Origin: Anthoceros angustus
Lineage: Eukaryota > Plantae > Anthocerotophyta
NCBI GenBank assembly: GCA_010909165.1
Contig: MU008167.1
Span: forward strand, 1,116,001 to 1,180,000
Length of the DNA stretch: 64,000 nucleotides
Direction: 5' to 3'
The translations under genes were made by a program, and so were the position numbers. Below, piece by piece: positions 47,179 through 60,200 of the stretch (within the stretch, counting starts at the first letter, position 1; the number at the start of each line of letters is the position of its first letter). Below the pieces are notes generated by a model. That model did no database searches and was not told where the DNA came from. It saw only the letters and a list, made by a program, of their open reading frames with translations.

Positions 47179-47484
47179 TCACGTACCCAACACGTTAAAA
47201 TCTTGGAAGCCGCTGCCACGATCGTCGATGCCGGCCTCGAAGTCATGAGCTCCAACTTCAACGTCCGATCCCCTCAGTGCTTGCAGATACATGTGAATTG
47301 ACGTAAGGATGTCTCGGATCGACGTGAAGATGAGCTTAAAGGTCACGAACAGTATCCCGACCAGCAGAGCACGGTAGGCCTTGTCACCGATGTCATCGTC
47401 GTCTGGTCCTGCCACCTTGCCGGAGACCAGCAATAGCAAGTTTAGGACGGCTGGAATAGCAAGCGCAGAACACAGACCAGCCAT
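47179..47484 (-). CDS. Hypothetical small membrane protein, 101 aa
   Basis: True ATG; hydrophobic N-terminus, acidic loop, second hydrophobic helix; no recognised family. Confidence 0.3.
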   Translation of the reverse strand: MAGLCSALAIPAVLNLLLLVSGKVAGPDDDDIGDKAYRALLVGILFVTFKLIFTSIRDILTSIHMYLQALRGSDVEVGAHDFEAGIDDRGSGFQDFNVLGT

Positions 47485-48257
47485 GGTTTAGGGTGACTAA
47501 GCTACTCCTTGGCAGCCTCACCTCAACCCTTAAAGGAAACCTGGACTTATGGTTTAGGGTTGTTCAAGGAGTACATAGCTTTGTAGTACATATGTAGACC
47601 GAGTCCTGCAGAGGAGCCGAGTCTCTTCACTCAATTAGTAGTATTATATATAATTATTTATCAAATATTTAAGACTCGCTCACAAGAATAATTCTAAGAC
47701 TTCAAAATTAGTTCAGCAGATCTCTAGATAATTAAGAATCATATATTTGTTGAAGATAATTGTTTATTTATTTATGTCATTCCTCTCTAGAGGGACGGTG
47801 GATTACTTCGAGCACGTTCACCGCATGAAATCACCACCACCATCTTTAATCAAATTCATAATTGTACACAATTAGATCATAAAATTTATTTTATAATATA
47901 ATTTTTTACGATTTAAAATTTATTTCATATGTTAAGTTTCCTTCCAATAATATGAAGTTAATTAAATATATAAATATAACTAATTTAAATTTCGAGTACT
48001 TTTGTATTTTAAACAATAAAATAAAATAAGTATTATAATCTACCATTTGGTTTTCAAAAATCTAAGGACACCTTATGAGTGATATGTATATATCTTAGCT
48101 CCGTGCATAACAAGTTTGAAAATTCAAAAGCCGCAAAGAGTAGTAGCCATGGTCGAAAAATGAAAAATGATGGCTGTAGAAAAAAAACTACTTATTTTAA
48201 TTCATCTAGACGAAATCTCTTTTATCACTTGGTACTTAACAACTTGCATCATGGTGT

Positions 48258-48465
48258 GCCTAAGCTACTTGCACCAAGAAGATCCACTTTCTCCTAAGCT
48301 ACATAACCAAGGGCATCCATCAAGAAGATCCACTCCCTCCTAAGCTACGTGCACCAAGGGCATCCATTCCCTCTTAACCTACACTTGCACCAAGGGCATC
48401 CACTCCCTCCTAACCTACTTGCACTAAGAACATCTTCTCCTAACCTACTTGAACCAAGGGCACCT
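48258..48465. repeat. ~33-bp tandem array (cctaagctacttgcaccaagggcatccactc)
   Basis: About 6 diverged copies. Confidence 0.85.
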
Positions 48466-48592
48466 GGACGACACTAGGTGGGCTGTTGGACGAGAACTTT
48501 AGAACTTTCGTTCGTACGAACTCGTCTAATTTGCTTGGCCTGAACGAAGCTTCACCTTTATTTAACGCAGTATTCTTTACTTGCTGGGGCCG

Positions 48593-48742
48593 AGGCTGGA
48601 GGTTGTAGAAGACAAGTCTGTGCTTCGTGTGAAATTCGATCCGAGAAATCAGAGGGGGAAGAAGACGCATCTGGAGATATCATCTTGCTGGAGCCGTGTG
48701 ATGGGCTGGTTGTTGCGATTCCATGAGCGGAAGGAGCAATGG
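48593..48742 (+). pseudogene. Internally deleted SPRY-domain fragment
   Basis: Similar to 43047-43124 joined to ~43176-43243 (gaagacaagtctgtgctt...ttccatgagc.gaaggagcaatgg). Confidence 0.8.
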
Positions 48743-49070
48743 TACTAAGTGCTAATAACAGTGAAATGTCACATAGCCCTCCCTAAGTGCCCAGAACATG
48801 GGCCATCCCTCAAAACTTCGACTCCAGAATCCCTATTATTTCCCTCTCAACACAGGGATCCAGCGTTCTTGCAGTTACAAGTTCTGGGATCAGTTTGAGG
48901 AAACAAGGCAACATCTCCAGTAGTTCGAAAAACGAATTGAGGCTGACATCGGCTACTGACAAAAGCATCTGCCCAACTACCTGACCAACAGCTGCTGTAA
49001 ACAGAAAGAGTGCATGCAAGTCTAAAGTTCCACACAGAAAGACTGCATGCATCTGAAAGTCCTGAAAAGG

Positions 49071-49496
49071 CTAAGTGCGGCCATTGGTATGGGTGTCCCA
49101 GATGGAAGTGCCCACGCCATTGTACATCACCACATTGCCGTCGCCCTGAAGTGTGATGTTGTGGCTGCCGTCGTTGCGGCAACATGTGTTGGTGGTGAAA
49201 ACCACCTTACCGCCTTCAGTGTAGACGACAGCATTGCCGTCAGTGAGTAGGCGGAAAGAGCAGTTGGTGCCTTTGAACCGACTGTTGGAAGCCCACAGAG
49301 CTCCCACCCCGGCATGGTAAAGCACCAGGTTGCAATCGGACTGCATCAAAAGAAAATAAGGCTCACGGATTAATGATGCCCCATCCGAAAGCTCGTTGCC
49401 TTCGAGCAGGACATACCCTGCTTCCCCTTGCTGCCAAACCACCAGAAACCAGAAGACCACAGTCACCAGTATGAGTCTCAAGAGAGTGGACACCAT
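49071..49496 (-). CDS. Secreted bulb-type (GNA-related) mannose-binding lectin, 141 aa
   Basis: Signal peptide ending GEA; QxDxNxVxY sites QSDCNLVLY and QGDGNVVMY intact, middle site degenerate (LTDGNAVVY); LWASN and IWDT motifs. Confidence 0.9.
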   Translation of the reverse strand: MVSTLLRLILVTVVFWFLVVWQQGEAGYVLLEGNELSDGASLIREPYFLLMQSDCNLVLYHAGVGALWASNSRFKGTNCSFRLLTDGNAVVYTEGGKVVFTTNTCCRNDGSHNITLQGDGNVVMYNGVGTSIWDTHTNGRT

Positions 49497-50233
49497 TGGG
49501 ATGAGAGTCTGGAAGCCGCAGGATACAGGCCTGTTCTTCATGCAGCCTTTTAAGCAGGAGGGCAACTTGGCTAAAAGCAGAAATGTCCTGACCACCCTTT
49601 TGCTAAAGCAGATCGTAATCATTGCTGAAGGTCCACCTACTGTAAGGGGAAATCTCACCATATCCGTCCAAGTGCACCTCTAGCCAGTCAGTCACGTGAA
49701 ACAAACATTACTCAAATCCTCCCTCCGTGCCTCTGTTTCTAACTTGAGATGTGGAAGCACCGAGGAGAGACGACCTCCGGTGTCAAAGACCTCGTGCATA
49801 CAGGAATCTTATTCCACGGATAGCACTAACATGGTCAGGCCTCAACGACCAGCCCCCATGGCACCTTGGGGGCTGCTCATTGAACTCGGAGAAATGGTAT
49901 TCACCATTGTAGCTAGCGATAAGTGGTTACTGATGTAAGTTCTCAACATGCCTCCGTCGCAACAGCTGTTTTCTTCCACAAGCAAACAATGCACACCAAA
50001 ACGAACCAAGTTACTACTTGCCAGACGCCAGCCTAGAATAAATCACCAGAATCCTCCTTCAAACTGGAGCTAGAGACAAAGACCACTGAAATCCTTTCCA
50101 GATGAATGTGCAGACTGCTGCAAGCAAAATTTGGTGCCTGACACCATTCCAATGTACCTGACCAGCACTGGGCCAAGCGTAAGAGCAGGTTGTCTGTGCT
50201 CCATGACATGCAGCTCCCAACATGCCAGCGGGT

Positions 50234-51793
50234 CTACATGAAATCTGCATCACTGACTAACTGGATGCGTACTCGGCCTCTCGACATAGCAACAGCAGGG
50301 TACAGCTCATGGGGAAGTTTGCTCCATGTAACCCCAAACTTCTCTCCGTCAATGGTAAATGCACAAGTTTTAACTGTCATGTCCACATGGATCCTTACTC
50401 TTGAGCCTTTTCGATCACCACACTTCTTCCCGTATCTGGCATCATATAAGATGGAGCCATTGCAAAGCTTGCCAGCAGCGCAGTCGAAACCCCAGCATTG
50501 TGAAGGGTCCAATCTTTTCACAGGAACATAAGCATAAAATCCAATAACCAGATCCTTACAAGGCTCCTCGATCAGGATGTCCCATTCGCAAGTACCACTA
50601 CTTCTGTTTATGGGCATAGTCGACAATGTGAACTCCGAGCGAGTAGAAAGCAAAGAATCTGAATAATCTCCCCTTCCAAGCACAAACCCATCGTCTGAAA
50701 TATCTAAACTGGGGCACTTATAGTGCTCATCCCATTTCATAACATTCATATCCCCTGCTTGAAGGGCTTGATGCCTAAAGGCTGAAGCCAACACCGAGAA
50801 AGGTATGATGTCCAGGGGCTCCAGCACCTTACCTAAAATTTGAGGATGAACAAGTTGGAAATTGACCACCGACCAGGATTTGTCTAGCTGCTTTACCCAA
50901 TCCTCCACTTGAACACCAAGCCCTGGTTCCACAGGTGCCACATCGGCCTTAGGAGAAAACTTGACAGCTTTCTTCAGAGGCTTCAGCTGGCCACGAAGCA
51001 CTTCTTCATCCGGCAAGTACGGCTCAAGAGATTCCGCTGCCTCGAGGGACACCTTGGATGAAGACCAAAGCAGTAAGTTCCTTGCCCTAAGATACTCCTC
51101 AAACGATATGGTACACCTGTTGGTGCTCTCAGTCCAGTTGAGAAACACATTGAAAGCCTTCAAGGAGAGGGCACTCAGATCAGCTGCCCTCCACGAAATA
51201 GCCCGTAGAGTCCAAGCCATGTGAGAAACCAATCTCCTCACAATCAAGTCGTTCTCCTTCAGATCCTTATCCTGCACACCAATGGCCATCGCGCTGATCT
51301 CCACAAGAAGCGAGAAGCACCTGGCCAGCATCCCCGCATCCTTCACCTTCTTCAACGCCGGCTCCAGAAACATGAGCACATGCCTCTGCAACTTAGGAAG
51401 CAAAAGGAAGTCACCAACATGTAAAACCTCGAATGCCGAGCTCATGGTCAGAGCATTCTGCTTCACACCTCCAGTGTACAGAAACTCCAGCGTCGGAAGA
51501 AGAGCTGAAGAGCTGATATCAGGCAGAGGGATCTCACTCAGCATTGTCTCCGCCATCCCGTTCATTAGCATGCTCCTCAGCACCTTCGATCTGGCCACCA
51601 AAATCAAGCGACAAGCATGCACTCGCACTCCATCCTTGCATACAAATTCCACATCACTGAACTCTGCGCTGTTGAACACCATAAGAAGATCCTCGGCCAG
51701 TCCCTCCACATCCGTGTCCACCCCTTGCTCTGGCTCCTCCAGTAGCAAAGAATTCTCCGGCAGACCATCCTCTGCCTCCTCGGCGGTCGCCAT
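50234..51793 (-). CDS. BTB/POZ-BACK-SPRY protein (putative CUL3 substrate adaptor), intronless, ~519 aa
   Basis: FSDVEFVC...VHACRLILVARSKVLRSML...LEFLYTG BTB domain; C-terminal SPRY (CEWDILIE, RVRIHVDMTVKTCAFTIDGEKFG, LYPAV). Confidence 0.9.
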   Translation of the reverse strand: MATAEEAEDGLPENSLLLEEPEQGVDTDVEGLAEDLLMVFNSAEFSDVEFVCKDGVRVHACRLILVARSKVLRSMLMNGMAETMLSEIPLPDISSSALLPTLEFLYTGGVKQNALTMSSAFEVLHVGDFLLLPKLQRHVLMFLEPALKKVKDAGMLARCFSLLVEISAMAIGVQDKDLKENDLIVRRLVSHMAWTLRAISWRAADLSALSLKAFNVFLNWTESTNRCTISFEEYLRARNLLLWSSSKVSLEAAESLEPYLPDEEVLRGQLKPLKKAVKFSPKADVAPVEPGLGVQVEDWVKQLDKSWSVVNFQLVHPQILGKVLEPLDIIPFSVLASAFRHQALQAGDMNVMKWDEHYKCPSLDISDDGFVLGRGDYSDSLLSTRSEFTLSTMPINRSSGTCEWDILIEEPCKDLVIGFYAYVPVKRLDPSQCWGFDCAAGKLCNGSILYDARYGKKCGDRKGSRVRIHVDMTVKTCAFTIDGEKFGVTWSKLPHELYPAVAMSRGRVRIQLVSDADFM

Positions 51794-52148
51794 GCCCCAG
51801 CTTCGGACCGACCTCCCGATGCTCGTCCACGGTCCGTCCAGGACCTGAAGTTTCCCACACCTCGTAAAACCAACCTGTGTGTAGCCCGTGATTGGTCTCC
51901 GGCCTGTACATCGCAGATTCGCCAGCAACAAATGATTTACAATTGAAGACAACTAGATTCATTATGACCAGCTTAAGGGAATCTATTAGAAATCTGTTGT
52001 AAGTTAAAAGACTCCTTGAAAAGTTGAGACTTTATAAATACGTAGAAGTGGGAATTCTTATCTATGCCCAGGCACTTGTTATCAAAAATTCACCAATACA
52101 GTGTGCATCTTTTAAAAATTAATATAAAAATAATGGTTATATAATAAT

Positions 52149-55100
52149 TGAGAATTAAGGTTCAATTTAAATAAATATTTACCCCTTTACCTATCCTTCT
52201 TTCTGAAATTGTTGCATTTCCCTCGAACTTAAAGGCTTTTTTCACTTATCCTCTTTCTTGTACAATTTTCACCTCCTTAATATTGCCAACCCCAGCCTCC
52301 CCTTACCACCTCCTTGTCTACAAGTCTTCCTGATCACTTTGGCTGAATATTGATTCCAAGAAGCCCCTTTTTGCTGGTTCTCTCAAATTGATTGGCCTTT
52401 AATGGCTCAAGTTCAAACCTTCTAGACTCCTGGCTTGGCCAACTCCTAATTTCCAACTTCCCCTCCCTCTTTTAGTTGGCTCTCCCAAACTGCTAATTGG
52501 CCTTAAAAGGCTTGAGTTTAAACCTTCTAGACTCTTGGCTTGGCCAACTTCCAACTTTGAACTTCCCCTCTCACTTTTCTTTCAACCACATCATCCAGGA
52601 GGACCTCAGAGCATGATACCTTTGTCTAACTTTGTCCCCTATTTCATCCACCCCTCCTCTCAAGCCTAGATTCCAGTTTTACAAGGAAGAGTTTTGTGTT
52701 AATCCTCCTCATGATTTCCCTGCAATCCCACGCTACCTTAGTTTTCCTCTCTCCTTCAAACTTCGTATACTCATTGGTCCATTCCGTGTAAGCTCCCATC
52801 AGCTCCGAATCGAGACTGACAGTTGACTTAAGCCCTCGTCACCTCAAGAAGAATGTATTTGCAAGCTCTGCTCCTTGGACCCAGAAATTGTGAAATGCAT
52901 TTCCTATAGCATTGTCCCACTTATGTTGACATTCGGGCTCGATACACTTTTCGTTTTTAGTGTGCTTATTTTTCCTTGTGCAGATTTTTCTCTTTTCACA
53001 TCCCTAAGCTCTCCGACCATTGTCTTCATGAGCTCCTTATAGCTTTTGCCTCGTTTTTTTATCGTATATAACTTTTAACATTTTTTCTCTTAATCTCAAA
53101 TAGTTATTGTCACTCTAATTCAGACATATGTATACGTACTCTGCTTTTACCTCTATTACGTTGCACTATCTTTGTTACACTATATAATCTTTGTAATATA
53201 TAATATATACTCCTTATATAATCCTTCCACTCTTAACAGACATAAATAATTTTTTTTGTTGTTGTTCAGGAGTTTAGAATTGTAGTATCACTTTGAATTG
53301 CGGGTTTGAATCTCACAAGGTAGATACAAATCTCACAATTTATAAATCGTTGAACGCATTCATGCTTCTATTTTGATTATCTAGCTTTTCTTAGGAGTTT
53401 TGGTAGTTGAGAGCAAGGAGTTGCCTGGATAACACTCCATAGCTTCCTATGATTTTTATTGTGATAGGTATGTGAAGGAAAGAACAAAAACCCTTTTTTC
53501 CTCGTCAACTTCTAACATCATAATTTTTGAAAGGGGTGAATAATCTCGAAGGGGGTTTTCCGTAAATAATCTCTGAAGGGGGTTTTTGATGGGCCCTAAA
53601 ACAGTATTTTTAAGGCATTCCGAAAAACATCTCCGAAAAAAAGGGTGTCACCCACTAAAGTTCCTACTTTCCATCCGGCAATGTTTACATCGAATAGTGG
53701 TATGACTCGAACCTATGGGATTAATGCAAAGTAGGAGCGGTAGGAAGCCGTTCCTTGGAAGGTCGATTGTAAATTCGATTTTGGGAGGAAAATGTGGTTT
53801 AGTAAGGACACAACAAAAGCCACGGACATGGCATTTCAAAGCATGTAACATGTGGAACCAGACGTACAACATTCACTCTCGGACCGGAGAAACCGCGATT
53901 TCGAGTTCACTCATCACGAGTTCAATCCTTCGTCATCACCCGTCCGACTTCTCCGGCATTGTCATCACTATCTTTAGCGGCACTTTGGTATATGAAGCGT
54001 AACTGAGAATTAAGGTTCAATTTAAATAAATATTTACCCTTTACCTATCCTTCTTTACGAAATTGTTGCATTTCCTCGAACTTAAAGGCTTTTTCACTTA
54101 TCCTCTTTCTTGTACAATTTTCACCTCCTTAATATTGCCAACCCCAGCTCCCCTTACCACCTCCTTGTCTACAAGTCTTCCGATCACTTTGGCTGAATAT
54201 TGATTCCAAGAAGCCTTTGCTGGTTCTCTCAAATTGATTGGCCTTTAATGGCTCAAGTTCAACCTTCTAGACTCACAGCTTGGCCAACTCCTAATTTCCA
54301 ACTTCCCTCCCTCTTTTAGTTGGCTCTCCCCAAGCGCTAATTGGCCTTAAAAGGCTTGAGTTTAAACCTTCTAGACTCTTGGCTTGGCCAACTTCCAACT
54401 TTGAACTTCCCCTCTCACTTTTCTTTCAACCACATCATCCAGGAGGACCTCAGAGCATGATACCTTTGTCTAACTTTGTCCCCTATTTCATCCACCCCTC
54501 CTCTCAAGCCTAGATTCCAGTTTTACAAGGAAGAGTTTTGTGTTAATCCTCCTCATGATTTCCCTGCAATCCCACGCTACCTTAGTTTTCCTCTCTCCTT
54601 CAAACTTCGATACTCATTGGTCCATTCCGTAAGCTCCCCATCAGCTCCGGTCGGTTGACTTAAGCCCTCGTCACCTCAAGAAGAATGTATTTGCAAGCTC
54701 GCTCCTTGGACCCAGAGATTGTGAAATGCATTTCCTATAGCATTGTCCCACTTATGTTGACATTCGGGCTCGATACACTTTTCGTTTTTAGTGTGCTTAT
54801 TTTTCCTTGTGCAGATTTTTCTCTTTTCACATCCCTAAGCTCTCCGACCATTGTCTTCATGAGCTCCTTATAGCTTTTGCCTCGTTTTTTTATCGTATAT
54901 AACTTTTAACATTTTTTCTCTTAATCTCAAATAGTTATTGTCACTCTAATTCAGACATATGTATACGTACTCTGCTTTTACCTCTATTACGTTGCACTAT
55001 CTTTGTTACACTATATAATCTTTGTAATATATAATATATACTCCTTATATAATCCTTCCACTCTTAACAGACATAAATAATTTTTTTTGTTGTTGTTCAG

Positions 55101-55857
55101 GAGTTTAGAATTGTAGTATCACTTTGAATTGCGGGTTTGAATCTCACAAGGTAGATACAAATCTCACAATTTGCCAAATACGTTGAACGCATTCATGCTT
55201 CTATTTTGATTATCTAGCTTTTCTTAGGAGTTTTGGTAGTTGAGAGCAAGGAGTTGCCTGGATAACACTCCATAGCTTCCTATGATTTTTATTGTGATAG
55301 GTATGTGAAGGAAAGAACAAAAACCCTTTTTTCCTCGTCAACTTCTAACATCATAATTTTTGAAAGGGGTGAATAATCTCAAGGGGTTTAGTAAATAATC
55401 TCAAGGGGTTTTGATGGGCCCTAAAAGCGGATTTTTAAGGCATTCCGAAAAACATCTCCGAAAAAAAGGGTGTCACCCACTAAAGTTCCTACTTTCCATC
55501 CAGCAATGTTTCTGTCGAATAGTGGTCGCAAACTCGAACCTATGGGATTAATGCAAAGTAGGAACGGTAAGGAAGGCCGTTCCTTCCGGGAAGGGTCGAT
55601 TGTAAATTCAGTTTTGGGAGGAAAATGTGGTTTAGTAAGGACACAACAAAAGCCACGGACATGGCATTTCCAAAGCACAGTAACATGTGGAACCAGACGT
55701 ACAACATTCACTCTCGGACCCCGGGAGAAACCGCGATTTCAGTTTCACTCATCACCAGAGTTCAATCCTTCGTCATCACTTCGTCCAGCTTCTCCAGCAT
55801 TGTCATCACTATCTTTAGCGGCACTTTGACTGGCAGACTGTATGAAGCCGCGTAACT
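52149..55857. repeat. ~1.85-kb near-identical tandem duplication of non-coding/TE-like DNA
   Basis: Copy 1 52149-54003, copy 2 54004-55857; small indels cluster on both sides of the junction. Confidence 0.95.
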
Positions 55858-56540
55858 CGCAGAGCTTATCTCTTATCGCTTTTTTGTCCACCGCATACAC
55901 ATGTTTCCGTGCGTTCAACACAAACCCATAATACAAGATGGCTGTTTCATTCACAAATACCTCCTGTATGTTTTTTGGGTAATGGACCTTATTCCCTTAT
56001 TTCCTCGGCATCAAATCAGATGGGTTAGCACTCTGACAGGCTATGTATTCCTACACATATAACCCTTCGTACACATCTGTGTGCTCGGTCCGATACCTGT
56101 GGATAAGAAAGTGAGGTCGTGGTGCATTTAGCTTCTCGTCAATGACTCTCCCCAATCCAGAATGGCCTGTTATGCGTGTCCATAGTGCACGGCACTACTA
56201 GAAACATCCCCTTCCAGATTTCCGTAATGTCTCCATTCATCCACGCCATTCCCACTGTTGCCTTCCGGCATTTTGATATGCCCTCAAGTACATATCACGC
56301 TATGGGAGGTCCCTCAATAATGCCTCATCCAGCAAAGCTTCATCCGACACTTGAAGTGCTCAGGTTGTATGATCCACTTCTGCATGTGAAAACCACTTCC
56401 AAGGACGCTGTAGCACTAGCCCATGTTATTCTCCACAATGATAGCAATCTCCTTCTAGTCCACCCAAAAGGCTTCCCACCACTTGTACTCTCTTCAGAAT
56501 ACCTATGGACGCAAATCTTTTAACCTTCCCAAATAGGCCA
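55745..56540 (-). mobile_element. Degenerate, probably transposon-derived coding fragment
   Basis: Stop-interrupted peptide KGMFLVVP...RPFWIGE...FLIHRY...TAILYYGFVLN; family not identified. Confidence 0.3.
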
Positions 56541-57296
56541 CACCTTCCGGTGATAGGATACCGTTCCTTCTTATCCCCCTAGCTTCACCCGCATGCACTG
56601 TAGGATGGTGCTAAGGGAAAGCGCCGCCGCCCTCCCCAAGATGCTCTGGCGCCGGCCACGGCCGCCCTCCCCCAACACGCCCGCCTTGCCCATGGGCGCC
56701 GGCCGGTCGGCGCCCTCCCTATGGGCTTCTCATAGGCTGTCTTTAAGAAAATTAATATTTAGCGGCTCGATAATCTTGCATTTGCCTTAAAGCCCAAGTG
56801 ATTGCATTGAGTGCCATAAGGTTGAAGACCACAATTGACGAGCTTTTGGATGAGGATCAGCGGACCCTAAATGTTGTGTGGTAGTCGACACCATCCGCAG
56901 CTTAGCCCAAGAATTATACTAATGAATACGAGCAAGCATTGGAGGAGAATGACAGCTTTGACGCAGAGGATATGGACCGCCTTCGGAATTTGGTGGTGGT
57001 CCTTGACTCAGTATCGGCCCAAGCCATAGACGAGTCGCTCGGCCGCACTCTTGAATGACTATTGTCGATGCTGATGACCACTTCCTCCTTTAGCAGTTGT
57101 TTGTTGAAATGTTCTCACGACCATTGAAATAAGACTCCCGCTAATACAGGATTGTTTTCATTGTGTTCCACCACTTGAAAGTAAAAGTTTTCGGTTGTAA
57201 TAAACATATGAAAATGGCAGCCCTCTATGCATTCTACAAAAATGCAGACGGGCCCACACCTTATTGTGCTCTAGTTCTGGAGCGTAGACTTGAAAG

Positions 57297-60200
57297 TGTT
57301 AACGCATATAGCATACTAGCCCTTAGGGCACGCTTCAGAATATTAAGTTAAGTAGAACTGAACGGGCATACCTAGTATGAACCGAGCAGACGATTCTGAG
57401 ATAGAAACGCTTGGGCAAAGCCCATAATGTAACACACATTTGCTCAAGCTTAATGCAATCCACGATGCAGCAATCTCATGATTGTCTCCATCCATATTCA
57501 CATACATTAGAGCAGGCGCCATTACCGAATACCGCACCCCAAAATGGCGGGACATAAAAATACATGATCATGCCGCTCGTAAGAAAGAACGCCGAGACAG
57601 CCAACAGCTCTCGCCTGTGATCTAGAATCACAAAGGTTCCACAGAGAACAAAGTTACCTAAAAGAGGCACAAGAGAATCTATGGCACTACGCTGGATCGT
57701 GACGCTCAATGCTCCTTGTAATCGCCGAAGAATTGCACCTCCGAGGCTTCGGCCGACCCAAGCGACTACGATCGGGCATACGAGATTTCTCCTTCCTATT
57801 CACAGAAGAAATACAAAACCATCCACAATGGTCGCACTTCACAACCATAGTTAGTGCACATTCAACCCATGTAATTGAAAGAATCCATCATCTGCTACAT
57901 AATCCAGATGTAATCGCCTCCCGATAGTACACGGTTCACCGGACAACCTATATGTTTGCCCTCAAAGAATCGAAATTGAGGAGTCCCTCAACAACATTAT
58001 CCAACAATTAGAGAGTCTAGCGACAACACACCTCAACACCCTCTACAAGATTCTCATCACCCTTCAAGTACAAACAACTTGCCTCCTCAGGCACACAATC
58101 CTCACTTCCTAAACAAGGCGCTTACCAAAGATGGCCCCTCTTCCATCAATCACAAAGGAAGATCGTTTTGACGGCCAGCAACACAACTGAAGTATGGAAG
58201 TTTCGCATCAAATTCAAGGAACGCAAACTCTACTTTGTGGGAGGCGTCAACCCTCCTGTCACCCACACAGAGCCAACGCCACCGCAGCAGAAAGAGGATT
58301 GGGAAGATCAGAATCAACAAGCTAAAAACATTCTCATGCAATCCATGAGATCAGGCCATGTCCAACAAATCGCAGGAGCAGAGACTGCAGCCGAAGCCTG
58401 GCAGCAGCTACATGACATTTATGCCTCAACAGACATCATGCACACTGTGCACACCATTAAAAATTTCTTCGGACTTAGAATGTCTGAAACTGACCAGGTG
58501 GATCAACACACCATTAATTTGTTGGATGACGGTTCACAGCCCATCGCTTCGCCTCAAGAGGACCTCTGCAGCTCTCCTCTTATCCACCCCACGAGTCCCA
58601 GGTAAGCGTGGTGCAATCCCAAGGCGTCCAACCGCTCACCCTTAACAAGGTCAATCATAATGTTGATCAAGAGGCTAGAAGGAAACTACACGCCTACTCA
58701 TTTACAGGAGAATCTTCCTCACGGGCCTTCTTCACGGACAGATCCGGGGACGAGGTCGTGGAAATTGAGGCAGAGAGGGAGGCACTTACCCCAACAGAGG
58801 ACGTGGTAATTATAATCCCTCATGGAAACCAGTATGTGGATCTGAAAATCCCGGCCATACCTCGAAGAATGTAGGTAGCCGTAGGCAACCCAAGGCACCA
58901 ACAATCGTGGCAACTTGCCCTCACCATGAAGAGACACTCAAGGGCTTTTCTCACACAAGTGAGTCACCTACCGTCCAACCAGCCCTTTAGCCCTCGTAGC
59001 CTCTTGTCTCTCACCATGACGGCCAACACCTGGTACATAGATTCGAGCCTCCCGATATGACCCCACACCACGAATATTTTAGCCACGTCAATACCAAAGA
59101 CACCCCCACTCTTTGTCAGCCTTGGGGACGACACCAAGCACCCTATCTCAGGTCACGGCACTGTCGACCTACACGTCAAGCCCAATTCAACCTTACAAAT
59201 CTCAGATGTGCTGCTGGTACCTGGCCTAACGAAGAACCTCTTCTCAGTCTGGAAAGTGGATCAGTCCGGCTGTTATGTCTGCTTTGGAGGAGACCATTGC
59301 ATAATCGAGACCCCACAAGGGGACCTCCTGGCCACAGGGGACCTGCAGGACGATGATCTCTATCACCTCAACGTTACTACCTCCCCTGCTGCCCACCCCT
59401 CCTCCTTATCTGCAGCAACCAACACCAGTGCATCTTATTTATGGCACGCACGCCTTGGACACATGCATACTCAGCGGATGAAGGACATGTTACAAACTCA
59501 GGCAGCCGCAGGCATATCACTCACCAGGGTTGAAGACTTTGGTATATGTGATGCCTGCTCACTAGGCAAAAGCCATCGCTCCCCATTTCCAAAAGGACCC
59601 TCGACGAGAGCGAACAGAAGACTCCAACTTGTACACACCGACTTATGTGGCCCTTTCCAACGATCACTCTTTGGATACCTTTATTTTATGCCCATGATGA
59701 CGACTACTCTCGCTTCAGGCTCTACCTCAAACACGATCACTCACTTGCCTCGGGACTACAAAACTGGGCGAAAAAGCCGAGAACACCTACTTACCATTAA
59801 ATGCGGAGGTGGTGAATTCAACTCCAACCGTTCACGCAGTGCATGCGGATCAGGATCAGTCACTACTCCACACACCTCTGAGCAGGGTAGCCGAGCGGAT
59901 GAACAGAACCATACAGGGGCTGCGGTCTATCCATGCGATTCATGCGAGGCCTTCCCAAAAGCTACGGCACGAAGCCATGTCTCACGCGATGTACATTACG
60001 AGCAGAGCCTTACCTCCTCCGCCCCAACTTACCCCTTTGAAGCACAGGCGGTCAAAGCTCGACACTCGTATTCGGCTCAGCGTATATGTTCATACACCCA
60101 AGGCTACGACAAAGCTCGACAATCGAGCATGTACATTTTCATCGGATTTTCCGGCGGCGTGAAGGATACAAGCTTATCCATCCATACAACGGGATCACTC

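Noticed and set aside
49497-49661. 55-aa extension upstream of the lectin (and 51794-51952 upstream of the BTB gene)
   Set aside because: The lectin signal peptide begins at ATG 49496; the BTB extension starts at a non-ATG codon.
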